Shown here: positions 12,738 to 24,945 of the stretch, piece after piece | Layout: the number at the start of each line of letters is the position of its first letter | How positions within the stretch are numbered: the first letter of the stretch is position 1 | Assembly (NCBI GenBank): GCA_051294905.1 | Contig: CM119373.1 | Location: 2,110,001-2,170,000, forward strand | DNA length: 60,000 bases | DNA from: Botryllus schlosseri | Taxonomy: Eukaryota | Direction: 5' to 3' | Program-made: the position numbers and the translations under genes | The notes under the pieces: generated by a model | Database searches by the model: none | Told to the model about the DNA's origin: nothing | The model's input: the letters and a program-made list of their open reading frames with translations, nothing else

Positions 12738-14643
12738 CAGACTTGGACAACTAGATAATTCTAGTTGTCTAATTTCACTAAATTAGAGCGAAATAGCAGT
12801 AATCGAATTCTAATCTAATTTATAAAATTTTTCTATGCTCCAATTCTAATTCTAATTCTGATTCTAATCTAAATTGAGAAACGTTCTTATACTCTAATTT
12901 TAATTCTAATCTAATTCATTGTTTTCCTAAAAATGCCTATTTGACTGCGGCATGTTGCCGCGAGTCCCTCTCGTACAGGGAAGTCCAGAGCCAAGACGCC
13001 ATCGCATTACTTGCACCGTACAGAAATAGTAGTTATTGTGCGACGAATAAGAGCCATACTGGCATAGTAGCTTGTTTGTTGGTTTTCTTGAACAATTGCG
13101 AGGCTTATTGAATAAGCATGTTATATGCGCCATGATAAGAAATGTTGCAATGTTCATTGATCTTTGCCTTATGAACTCTTTTCGGACTACTTCCAGTCAC
13201 ACACCCATTCATCATTGATATCCATCTCGTTTGCATACGACCTCGTCAGTGTCTTTTACCGACGATTTTCGAAACTCGACTTTAATTGATCAATCTGGGC
13301 TTTTCTTACGGCACTGCATACGCAGTGACGTCAGCTACTAACGATTCGATATTCGGGCAAGCCAGACATGTTGCTAGATGAAAGACTATCTCATCCTAAA
13401 GATTGGCTGTGGGGACACCCTAGCCCGTTTTCCAAGCGTTTCGGCGTCGCGTGCATTCTACGTCATGGCAATATGCCTATTCATACCAGCTGACTCTCCG
13501 TCGATGGAATGCTGATGCCTCCGTTGAAGCTATTTTCGCTATAGCGAGGAATAGTGTTGTTCAGGACAGACGAATAAGTTTATTTAAAACTACAACAATA
13601 ATAATTTGAAACTGAAATCATTTTCGCATTTCAAAATGCTTTATTCGCGTTCTTCCAAATTCACAGATCAGATCGCCGGCCGCAAAATACAACCTCGCGG
13701 GCCGCCTGTTGATGGCCCCTGGTATTGTGCAAAACGAGAAAGATTGATATACGGACGTTAACCAATCTCTTTGTTATGAGACTCCATTGTGATTTGATAT
13801 GAACTGAACTTTTTGCTGCATTTATTTCTCATTCAAATTTTCATTCGATTTCCAAGTTTTTCCGAATTCAAATTCTGATGCTAATTATAATCTAATTTGG
13901 AAAAATTGTATAGCTCTAATTCTAATTCTAATCTAATTTGGAAAAAGCTGTGTAGATGTAATTCTAATTCTATTATAATCTGGAAAAAAAGCTGTGTAGA
14001 TTTAATTCTAATTTTAATTTAATTTGGAAAATATGCAGAGCTCTAATTCTAATTCTAATATAATTTGGAAAAAGCTGTGTAGATCTAATTCTAATTCTAA
14101 TCTAATTTGGAAAAAGCTGTGTAGATTTAATTCTAATTTCAATCTAAATTGGAAAAATTGTATAGCTCTAATTATAAATATAATCTAATTTGGAAAAAGC
14201 TGTGTAGATCTAATTCTAATTCTAATCTAATTTGGAAATAACTGTGTTGATCTAATTCTAATTCTATTCTAATCCGAAAAAAAGCTGTGTAGCTTTATTT
14301 CTAATTTGAATCTAATTTGGAAAAATTGTATAGCTCTAATTATAATTATAATCTAATTTGGAAAAAGCTGTGTAGATCTAATTCTAATTCTAATCTAATT
14401 TGGAAATAACTGTGTTGATCTAATTCTAATTCTATTCTAATCTGAAAAAAAGCTGTGTAGCTTTATTTCTAATTTGAATCTAATTTGGAAAAATTGTATA
14501 GCTCTAATTATAATTCTGATCTAATTTGGAAAAAGCTGTGTAGATCTAATTCTAATTCTAATCTAATTTGGAAATAACTGTATAGCTCTAATTCTAATTC
14601 TAATATAATTTGTAAAAGCTTAAAAATTCTTAGTTGTCCAAGT
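12738..14643. mobile_element. Paralogous copy of the TCTAAT hAT MITE with expanded internal minisatellite
   Basis: Same left TIR after CGCGTAA; the right end carries a small deletion. Further left-truncated copies end at 2466 and 50751. Confidence 0.8.
13870..14620. repeat. ~41-bp minisatellite (AATTCTAATTCTAATCTAATTTGGAAAAAGCTGTGTAGATCT)
   Basis: Many imperfect tandem units are directly visible. Confidence 0.93.
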
Positions 14644-16091
14644 AAGCGGTGTCATATAAAAGCATGAGTGGGCCTTGCAGCAAGTCAGCAGCTACGGATT
14701 TTAAATGAAGCACATTGGCCCGGTGTAAATGACCATAGTATTCGACAAATCCCAAGATTACCTCAAAACAAACAAACAAGCGACTAAAAAGGGAGCATAA
14801 AAATACGCCAACTTCTATCGTCGTTACTGCCACTGATTTAGCGATCCATAACTGTACTCAACAGGCAAATCATCGCATTTTTGCCAATTTCATTGTTCGC
14901 GAATAAAGTCGTTGCTAGAATATAAACCCTATGATCCGTGATATGTTCTAATGTACTATTATGTATGTATATAATGATAGATAATAAAGTATTCAAGTGA
15001 AAATACGGACATGTGACAAAATATTGAAATGAGTTGACTGATGGTCCGGCCTGTGAGAGATTTGAAGGTTTGCATCCGACCCGCGTCGCCTTTTCAGATT
15101 CACAATCCTGCTCTAAGCTGAATCGCCATGACGAGATAGCATAATGGTATGATCCACGGCTGTAACACCAATTGGTTGCGGGTTCGATGCTGACCGAGGT
15201 CGACTCCAGAATTCCCAGCCAAGTGTTACAGATTTATCTAGGGCTATGTTCCTCTTTATTCACCAGATCAGCGGTAGTGGTTTCTTAAAAAAGCCTAGAA
15301 GTGGATCGTGCTATGAGTGCTCTCAATATTGCAGGCCCTGAGTATCTTCTGCACAGCGATCAATGTATATTTTTATAATTGAATGCCTCTTGGCTTTGCA
15401 TTCAGGACAGTTTGTTTTACATGCAATCGAAATTTAAATCATTGGTAAAACAGAGTATATATTGCACACATTGTCTATTATAATATTTGAGATTCTATAT
15501 AGTTGCTGAGTGACGTAAAGACCGAGTGAGTGTCTCACTTCGATTTCCCAAAAGTGTTTATGAATACTGGCTGAGTGCCGTAGAAACCCTATAGTACTGT
15601 CTTTATTGAGTGATCATTAGTAAATTAGTAATCATAAAAACTGCATAACGGTATGCTTTAAAGTTGCCAAACACAGTAGACCTGCCGTCTCCGTGGATTC
15701 AATCGGACAGATTTACTTGCCGACATCCTGATGGCGACCACTTTTTGAAGGAGGAATAGATTGCTATTATTCCAGTTAACAGAATTCAACGTCGAAATCA
15801 GCCAACACATATTTTACTCAGAGGACCGAGTTTCCAAATAATGTCAGCCAAATAGCTCATAGGTAATTTTACAAATTTCTGTTGTGTTTGAGTGTATTCG
15901 ATCAAATGAAATCTAGAACATTCTACTCGACTCGAAGATCAATTCTCGTTTCGAAATCGTATCTTCCGAGCCCTCGATTTCGCCCAGTCACAGTTGCAAG
16001 ATTATGGTATTTTAAAGTCTACTGACAGTAATTTCGATTTCATTTTCGAAGCATAATAAAAGTCATTTTATCCGATATTTGATCATTTTAG

Positions 16092-16259
16092 TTGCAAAAG
16101 CTCGTTATCGTCGACAACTCAATGAAAGAAGATGGATATGAAATACTCGTTCACATTCTGAAGCTGTCAGATTGCAAGGAATTGGTGCTCGAAGATTGTT
16201 GTCTAACCAAGACTAAGTTGCAAGGAGTGTTGAACGGATGTCGGGATCAAAATATCCAG
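16092..16259 (+). CDS. LRR exon type B (56 aa)
   Basis: cattttag|TTG...CAG|gtgcgt, 168 nt, phase 0. LQKLVIVDNSMKEDGYEILVHILKLSDCKELVLEDCCLTKTKLQGVLNGCRDQNIQ fits the alternating LxxLxLxxN / LxLxxCxL RI-type pattern. Confidence 0.8.
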
Positions 16260-18074
16260 GTGCGTCATCATGAACAATCCGTGATATCCAAAAAGACATG
16301 TCATCTTACGATTCGAAATTGTTCGTCATCCTACTTCGCCTCAAATCCATGCAGCACAAAATCGTTCACCATTTATTCTATCGTTTACCAATACTCGTCG
16401 GAGGTAATTCGAATACCGCAGGGGTTTAGTATTTTGCAACACAGATTACTTTGGACATTTTTAAAATTGTTGACGACGCGACAGCGTAGATATCATCAAT
16501 ATAGGAATATTCATGACATAAATCTAGCCGAAAAGGCCGAAAGGGAGATAAAAATCGTTTTAGGGTTTGTTGGTGCGGTTCCATTCACCTGTTGTCATGG
16601 ATTAGAATTTGGGAATTCTAGGGAAATTGTTGGTGGTAGAAATGCGAAAAATAATTTGCAGCTTTGGTATGGCGTCCCTGATCTACTATGAGGTAATATG
16701 CAGAAACGAGCCGATGTTGCATTAAGGATTTCGGGCCGAAAATTGGGCACACTTTCATACTTTTACGTTGCCTATAAATTAGGGTGGATAGAGCTATGTC
16801 GATTAATGATTGTCAACTTGGGAGGTCAAGAAATAACAGCATGCAACAAAGTGACTGATAAAAATTGGCCCACAGCATGATGCACCATTATGCAAAACTT
16901 GCCCTCAGTTTTTGAAGACACCCCTTGATCAACTCTACCGGTGAATGCGATCACGGAGGCTGAAAAAGAATTAATGTTTGATAGGAATATGTGAAACTAT
17001 CAACAATAATGACGAAATTCATTAGTGAATCTGAAAGTTTTTCGCACTTCGCGCGATCATAACCGTTCCCGTGACATGACCAATTGACCACTCGCGATTT
17101 CGGTGCCGGTGCGTGTAGTAAGCGAATATGAACTAATAGATAAGTCTGGAGCTCACCGGAAATGGAGATGGATCTCTTAACATCGGTATTTTGCATCCTG
17201 ATAGTTCATCGCGACTATGCCATGGAATGTGACCGCAGGCTACATGATTAATCGTAATGCAGCCGTGAATAGGAGAAAGGTTTGCAACCACTGGTTCACC
17301 CCTTGGAAATGAATTCCAGCTAAGCTTTTCATTCAAGAGAGCTTGATTCTCATGCACTCAAAATTCAAATATTTCAATTTTCTTTTCATCCCGGTGTTGA
17401 AGCATTTACAATTTGCCAGCGACGTCTAAACTAGTTGACAATACGCAACAGTATTTTAATAATCTGGAATATGTAGGCTATTGTGCTGCATCCGGAAAAT
17501 TTCGCGAGCTTTATCTTTCATTACGTGTCGCTATATATCTGGCCGCAAAACCATGTATTCCATGAAGCTCATTGTAAAATGACAGCATGTAACGAAGTTT
17601 ATTTAAGCGCTGTTAACGAAACGACCGGCGGACGGTCATATTATCAGTATATATTATAGGATAATAGCCCACGTTAGAAATCTAACCACCAACGCCGACT
17701 GAGTAACGAAAATCAATTTAGTGTTTGATGTTTGACTCAAATGCACTCGGGGGCCAATTTCCAAATTTTTGACTACCCTGCGGAACACGACGTCAATATG
17801 GGTATTCAATGTATGTTCAAGTATGTCGTATTTGACGAGGTGAAATTGTACTATTGGCCGGAATAGCAGATTGAGATTCCGCAAATATAGTGAACTTATG
17901 ATTTACTACTTATTTTACCAATTTACGCGTGGCACCAATGAAAACCACATTCACAAATATTTGACTAAAATTGTCGTTGTACTAGGCAGGGAGCACGCAT
18001 CATTTGTCGCAATTATGAGAAATAGGCACCATGGCCGAATCTAGGTTTGGGGTCCCATATTGATAAGTGTAGGC

Positions 18075-19046
18075 CAGGGGTAGGCAAACCCCGGCACGCG
18101 TGCCATTTGTGCCACGTGAAATGATTTTTCATGGCATGCCAAATGATTTCACGCAAATGACATATTCATACCATGTTTTTGCAAAAAGTGAAACAGAAGT
18201 TTTCAAAACGTGAAATGCTCGTAGGCGATCCAAAATTATTATTATTATTATTTCACATTTTACAGTGGTGCTTCTCGCCTTTTTCAGGCTATGTGCACCA
18301 CGACACGAATATTTGTAATGTTCATAAGTCTTTGTCTTTGTGGCAATCTTGGGGACGACTTCTTCATTCTTTCGCACATCCAGACGTCAGTCTCTCTCGC
18401 ACTCATGCGTCCCCGTCGAGGTCTTTGCTGCCGACTTCTAGGACGGCTCACTTTCAATCTGGGCTTTTCAATGCACTGCAACTGCGGTGAGGTCGGCAAT
18501 GGGTAGCCCAGAGAAACCTCCGACACATAGAGCCTGATGTGTTAATTATGCTGTGGGAACCCCCACTAAATAGATAAATATATATGTTGTATTTATAAAA
18601 TGTTTTAAAAATCTATGCATAGTGTACAAAAATGAGTCAACCGTATTAGCAGTTGTGAAAGAACATCAACCAAACATCGTTTGAAAACGTTTGGATTCTT
18701 TAGTCTAGGAGTGTTATTCACTGTGTAGCCTGCGGGAGTGCAACTACTGAACCGGCATTACGACGCTGGGCATCTTCACGCTATATAATACATGACCTAG
18801 ATATAGAGTTTCGGACAATATCCGACCATGCGACTAACAGGCGGTCTATGCGTTGCCAAAGTGATTGGCGGCGATAAAACCTTGAAACAAAATAGCCGCT
18901 GCATCATGGACAAAACGTTAGACATTGATATGTCCACTGGCAAGGCGCCGAAGTGACCAGCGCCGAATGACCAGCGCCCGCACCCGCAGCTTGAACCGCA
19001 CGTATCAAATGAGATCTGCCAAGGAAAATAATCAGCCCCGTGTCGT
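18075..19046. mobile_element. Right-truncated paralog of the 44313 hAT element
   Basis: Same left TIR and body; similarity stops at GCCCCGTGTCG. Confidence 0.75.
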
Positions 19047-19948
19047 ACCTCGCCTCAGAAACCATATAGCATAGAATCATTCACCTGTTAATCTACCGTT
19101 TACCAATACTCGTTAGACGCAATTGGAATACCACAGGCAATTAGTACTTTGCAACACAGATTACTTTGGATATGTTTAAAATTGTTAACGACGCGACAGC
19201 GTAGATATTATCAATATATGAATATTCATGACTGTAATCTAGCCGACGAGGCCGAAAGAGTGATAAAAATAGTTTTAGTGTTTGATGATGCGGTACCATG
19301 CACCTGTTGTCAAAGCGTGGAATTTTGGAATCCTAGAATGATTGTTGCTGGTGTTAATGCTGAAAATAATTTGCAAGTTTGTTATGGCATCTCTGATCTA
19401 CTGTAAGGTAGTCGCCAGAAAAGGAACAATGTTAAATTTAGGATTTGGGCCGAAAATTAGGCACACTTTCGTACTTTTAGGTTGCTTATAAATTATGGTG
19501 GAGAGAGATATGCCGATCAATGATTGTCTAACTGGAAGGTCAAGAATTAACAGCATGCAACAAAGTGACTAAAAACTATTAGCCCAGAGCAAGATGCATC
19601 ATTGAGTATAAAACTTGCCCTCAGTTTTCTAAGATACTTCTTGTTCAACTCTTCCAAGGGTATTCGAATATTGCATGCGTTTAGTATTTTGAAACACAGA
19701 GGACCTTTTATATTTTCAAAATTGTTCACGGCGCGACAACGTAGATATTATCAATATAGGAATATTGAGGACAGAAATCTAGCTGACGCGGCTGAAAGAG
19801 TGAGGCAAATTGTTTCAGTGTTTGATGATACGGTTCCATGCACCTGTTGTCATGGCTTGGAATTCGGGAATTCCAGAAACATTGTGGCTGGTGGAAATGC
19901 AGAAAGTAATGTGCAGGTTTGGTATGACGAAATTCATTAGTGAATCTG

Positions 19949-20124
19949 AACACCTTCTTGGAGGTACATAACTTCAATATATAATTGAATAGTATATTCA
20001 TATTGCAATGAACCCGAATATTTTCGGCTGACACTCGTCAGGGTTGATCGTCAGCAACTAGTAGAGAATTCAAAAGAACAGCGTATATCAACACTCGTAA
20101 CACAAAATATGACGTCACCAGCAG
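19949..20124 (-). mobile_element. Short Penelope-derived terminal-repeat insertion with 14-bp TSD
   Basis: CATTAGTGAATCTG is duplicated at 19935-19948 and 20125-20138, with an empty paralogous site at ~17020. The insert is similar to 57181-57280. Confidence 0.7.
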
Positions 20125-23079
20125 CATTAGTGAATCTGGAAGTTTTTCGTTCCCATAACGTGACCACTCGCAATTTGGGTGCGTGTAGTAAGCGGATATG
20201 AAATAATATAGATAAGTCCGGAGCTCATCGGAAATGGACATGGATCTCTCAATATTGGTAGTTGGCGTCCAGCTAGTTCATCGCGACTAAGCCCTGGAAT
20301 GCTGCCGTAGGCTACATGATTAATCGATATGCAGCCGTGAATAGTAAAAAGGCTGGCGACCCCTTGGAAATGAATTCCAGCTAAGCTTTTCATTTAAGAG
20401 AGCTCGTTTCTCATGCACTTGAAATTCAAATCATTCAAACTTTTTTTTATAATGGTGTCGAAGCATATACACTTATACAATCTTCCAGCGATTTCAATAC
20501 CAATTGACAATATATACCAGTATTTTAATAATCTGTAATATGTATTGTGCTGCATCCAGAATATTTCGCGATCGGTATTTTTCGTTACATGTCGCTACAT
20601 CTCTAATCGCAAAACCATGTATTCCAAGGCGCCCATTGTAAAATGCCAACATGTAACAAGGTTTTTGTTATCGCTGGTAACGAAACGACCGGCGAACGGT
20701 CATATTATCAATATCTATTATAGGATAATAACTCATGGTCTAAATCTAGCCGACTGAGTGAAGAAAATCGAATTAGTGTTTGATGCTTGACTCATATGTA
20801 CTCGGGATCCAATTTCCTAGTTTTTGATCACCCCGCTGGCCACAGCGTCAATATGGGTATGCAATGTATTTTTAAGTATGTCGAATTTGACGAGGTGAAA
20901 TTGTTCGATTGAAGGTTAACCGAAATAGCAGACTGAGATTCCACAAATATCGTGACATTGTGATTTACTATTTTTTAGCAATTTATGCGTTGCACGAATA
21001 AAAACCACATTCATAAATATTTGACTAGAACTGTCATTGTACTTGACAGGGAGTACGCATCATTTGTCAAAATTATGAGAAATAGGCACCATAGCCGAAT
21101 CTAGTTTTAAGATATCATATTGATAAGTATAGGCTATTGATTATGTCGTTGCGCAAGTCAAAATAAAACTGTGTTGGGTTTAACTTCACTAGTGTCACAG
21201 CGGTGGAGCGTAGCACTACGGTATTCACCATCTTAAATCGGCGATAAAGATTCGGATAAAGGGTTCAAAGATGCAACTGACTACACATTAAGGTGGCAAC
21301 AGAATGCTCTATGTTGTGATAACAACTTGCTTCGATAGCGAAATATCATGTCACGAGCTTATCATCTATTACGATCCCCTGGACACGCGAATAATAATTT
21401 TTCCGTACATGGTTATAACCATGTCATGACGTTCCGACTTACTCGGAGGCAACTCAGTCATTTTCATCTTGTCACCGAGTCATTCCAAGTAACTCTGCGA
21501 GAGGTCGCCTGAAACTCCAAGTCACACTTTTCAGTCTCGAATCATGGATCATGCTTCATCATCATGATAAGGCTATTCCATGGAATAGCAGATCTTCCAC
21601 CGCATGGTACCGTTTGAAAGTGATGCCATAAAGCGAAGTTTGCTCAGTAATTTTATGATTTTTGAGCAAATTTAAAGTGAATGATAACTTCTGAAATCTG
21701 ACAAAAAGTAATGTTGCACATAACTGCTGCCAAGTATAGCTTACTTGGAAAACCAACGTTTTCACGTGTCAGCGCAAAATGTCCTCGCGGGTCGCGTGTT
21801 TGGTATCCAGGCTTAGACCATGCGGATTACTACTATGAAAACTATTGCTGGTGCAAATAGAGAAAAGAATTTTCAGATTTGGCATGACGTGATCGGTGTA
21901 TTGTGAATTAAACGCGAAATATGCGGCAATACAAAATTTAAGATATTAGACCCAAAAGTGAAGCATTTCAACCCACACAGGTCTCCTCTCTATGGTTGCT
22001 TGTAAAATGTAAATTATGACGGAGGGAGCTATGTCGAACAATAAAAGAGGAATCTAGCGTACACGCAGTGTGACCTAATGCTCATTCTTTACGTGGGATT
22101 TCGAGGCTGCTGATTACGAATATCACAATAGTAGTTAGATAAATGTGCACGACGCCCCCATTCGCGATTTATAATAAACAAACAAACATTATCAATATAA
22201 TAATTAATGAAAGAATTAGCTCATTCTCAGTTTTGCAGCAATACGCAAGGGGAATCCCCTTCTGACTGTGCGGCAATCAAAAAGGGGGAATAATTACCAA
22301 TAGAGAGAAAACAACAAAGAATCTGGATTGACCTTTGTACTCAGACATGAGACTGGAGTCATTCTACTTGTACTTTTCCACTCGCCTCCTGATTATAATA
22401 CATTGTAATTTTACTGTATTTTTCCACGATCCATAGCTGACCTCGGTCGTACACGACGGAGCTTGATAATAGTTGCCTGCCCTGACCCGTTGTTCCGTGG
22501 TCCAATTTCATGACCTGGGAGCAATAGCCCGTCAAACTGGTTGACTTATCGTTCCGCGGTTGATTCAATTTCGTGTACGGGGGGAGGGGGGGGGGTCATA
22601 GGAATAATTGTCGGTCGTGACGTCAGTATAGTTTTCTTCTGATCCATGAGATCCTGGTGCGTGTTTTAGGTGTCCATACGTTCGGCTGTGTAAGGTGACG
22701 CTTGTGGTCTGTCTCATACTGTCGTACTTGAACCCGCTTGCTTTGTTGTCCACCCAGACAGTAACGAGAAATGATCTGTTATTATTATAAATATGTGTGT
22801 CATTTCGAGTCATACCGAGAATCAGAATGAATGTCCTAGTAGAAATTTGTATTAGGCGACCCGACATAGATTAGCTTAAATAAAGTAACATTATGAATAT
22901 AATAAGTAATTAAACAAATAGCTGATTCTCAATTTTGCTCGCATCAACGTGTTAACCCCCGGTATTACGTACCTAGTATTCGGTGCAAGCAACAAATGTG
23001 GCTGTTCCATACCTATACCGCGTTCTAGCGTCTTAGGACAGACAGTCCCAACCAAACAATGTGATGGGTTCTTTTACTG

Positions 23080-24945
23080 CAGTGGTTCTTAACCTTGCCT
23101 CCAGCGCCCCCTCAGGGGGCGCTGGCGATTTTGAAAGGGGGCGGAAACGCTCAGGGGGCGATATGGGGGGCGCTGGGCTCAGGGGGGCGGTATGGGGGGC
23201 GCTGGAGAAAAATGGCTTCGCAGTAGATGATGTGGTGGTAGGACATATCCTTAATGAGTATTCAGAGAAAATGAACACCGAAAACTTCGTTATATATAGC
23301 CTACAAAAGACATATAGGTTTAATTGTCCATGGGCGCCTAAATGACTGGCACCGAATATTCCTGTGTTGGCAATCTGAACCCTAGAAGACGAATTCCATC
23401 CGGCAGGGAAAAATTATATGCTAGTGAAAAAATACCAATTTGAAATCGTGTTCGTCTTAGTGCGATTGGGCGACAGGGATATCTAAAACTAGATATTCTT
23501 GTTGGGCGATATCCCAGTTGGGCGATTCTATATTTTTTTATATAGCAGACAGGAGGTCACGAAATAACATCATGCAACGAAGTCATACCAATGGGTTCGC
23601 CCGCCCGAATATGTTTAATCATTAGTTACGGGCCTACAGTTTCCAAGACACCTCACATTGTTCGCTCCACGTTTTGATGAGTCTGCGCACTCTCAATAAA
23701 CTCACTGCCCAGACCCTTGGACAACAGTGCGTAACGACTAAAAAAGGGTCAAAACTTCGGATTAGTTGTGCGCAACGTAGATGTTCTGTGCACAGATACC
23801 ATGTCAGCACTGCGCACGTGAGCAGCTTAGACGGAGCATTGCACCTCACTCAGCTCTACCGGTAAATCTGGTAACGTGAGCAGAGAGGACAAGAAATTAA
23901 TAGCAATATATATGCAATTCACGATCTTACTGACCGATTTTATCATGAATTATCGAAAGTTTTCGCACTTCGCACTGGCTCGCTAAACAGTACAGCTGAT
24001 TTCGTGGCAAAACGAACAACGTGATGGGGGCGGTCGGGTTATCACCCTATGGGAGCCCAAGACCCAAGTTTTTTCGGGGGGCCTGGCGAAGTGCCGTTTC
24101 GTTCCTGCCAACGGGTATACGCCCGAAGATGTATAATTATTATTGAGGGGTCCTACCTTTTTAATCACACATCTTTCAGCTCTACCGGTAAATTTGTTTA
24201 CGTGAGCAGAGAGAGGATAAATTTGATATCAATATACATGCAATTCCCGATCATATTTACCAATTCAATCATCAATTATTGAAATTTGTCGCGCTTCGCG
24301 CGTCTAGGCGGGAATACCTGGCTCAGTAAATGGACACCCAATGTAGATGAATAGTATCAGCAAATAGTGGATAGCCGAAAGGGGGTCTGGGGGCGAAGCC
24401 TCCCGGAATTTTGGTTTATCACCCGATGGGGGGGGGGGCTAAGACCAACGTTTTTGGGGGGCTGACGAAGTGCTGTTACGGCCCTGGTAACGAATTAATT
24501 GTACCTACGAGCACGCCCGAATATGTTTAATTATTAATCACGTGCCCTCCATCTTCCCATACAACAGCTCAATCAGCGCTACTGGTAAATCTGATTACGT
24601 GGGCTGAGAGGATAAAAAGTTTATAGCGACTTATATATGAAATTACCACCTATTCATTCATGCATTATAGAAAATATTGTTACCTAGGGCGACCATGCCA
24701 CACAAACTTAGCTGACAATCGAAATCACGCTACGAGGTTCTTGGGGGCGAAGCCCTCGGAAGTTTGGTTTATCACGCTATGGGTGCGCAAGGCAATCATT
24801 TTTAGGGGGGATGACGAAGTACTGTTACGGCCCTCCCTCTTACGCATTGTCTTTATTAAATTCCTTACAATATGCGGTTGGGGGGCGCTGGAGCACGATA
24901 ATTTTTGAAAGGGGGCGCTGGAGGAAAAAAGGTTAAGAACCACTG
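23080..24945. mobile_element. Non-autonomous hAT (Charlie-like) element nested in the left palindrome arm
   Basis: TIRs CAGTGGTTCTTAACCTT / AAGGTTAAGAACCACTG. 8-bp TSD TTTTACTG (23072-23079, 24946-24953). The right arm has the empty site (~34586-34594). Confidence 0.92.

Larger units (their letters stand above)
11925..19046 (+). repeat. Segmental duplication containing pseudo-exon A and exon B, paralog at ~38803-45250
   Basis: Collinear, with identical or near-identical ORF pairs in the track (e.g. 16698 vs 42950). Confidence 0.92.

Noticed and set aside
16260..16691. C-terminal part of the 199-aa ORF
   Set aside because: Read-through past the splice donor into repeated intron sequence; the frame is not conserved in the paralog at 42529 onward.
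18129..18526. Possible decayed transposase C-terminus inside the hAT element
   Set aside because: Multiple stops and only vague motif resemblance; cannot be supported without a search.
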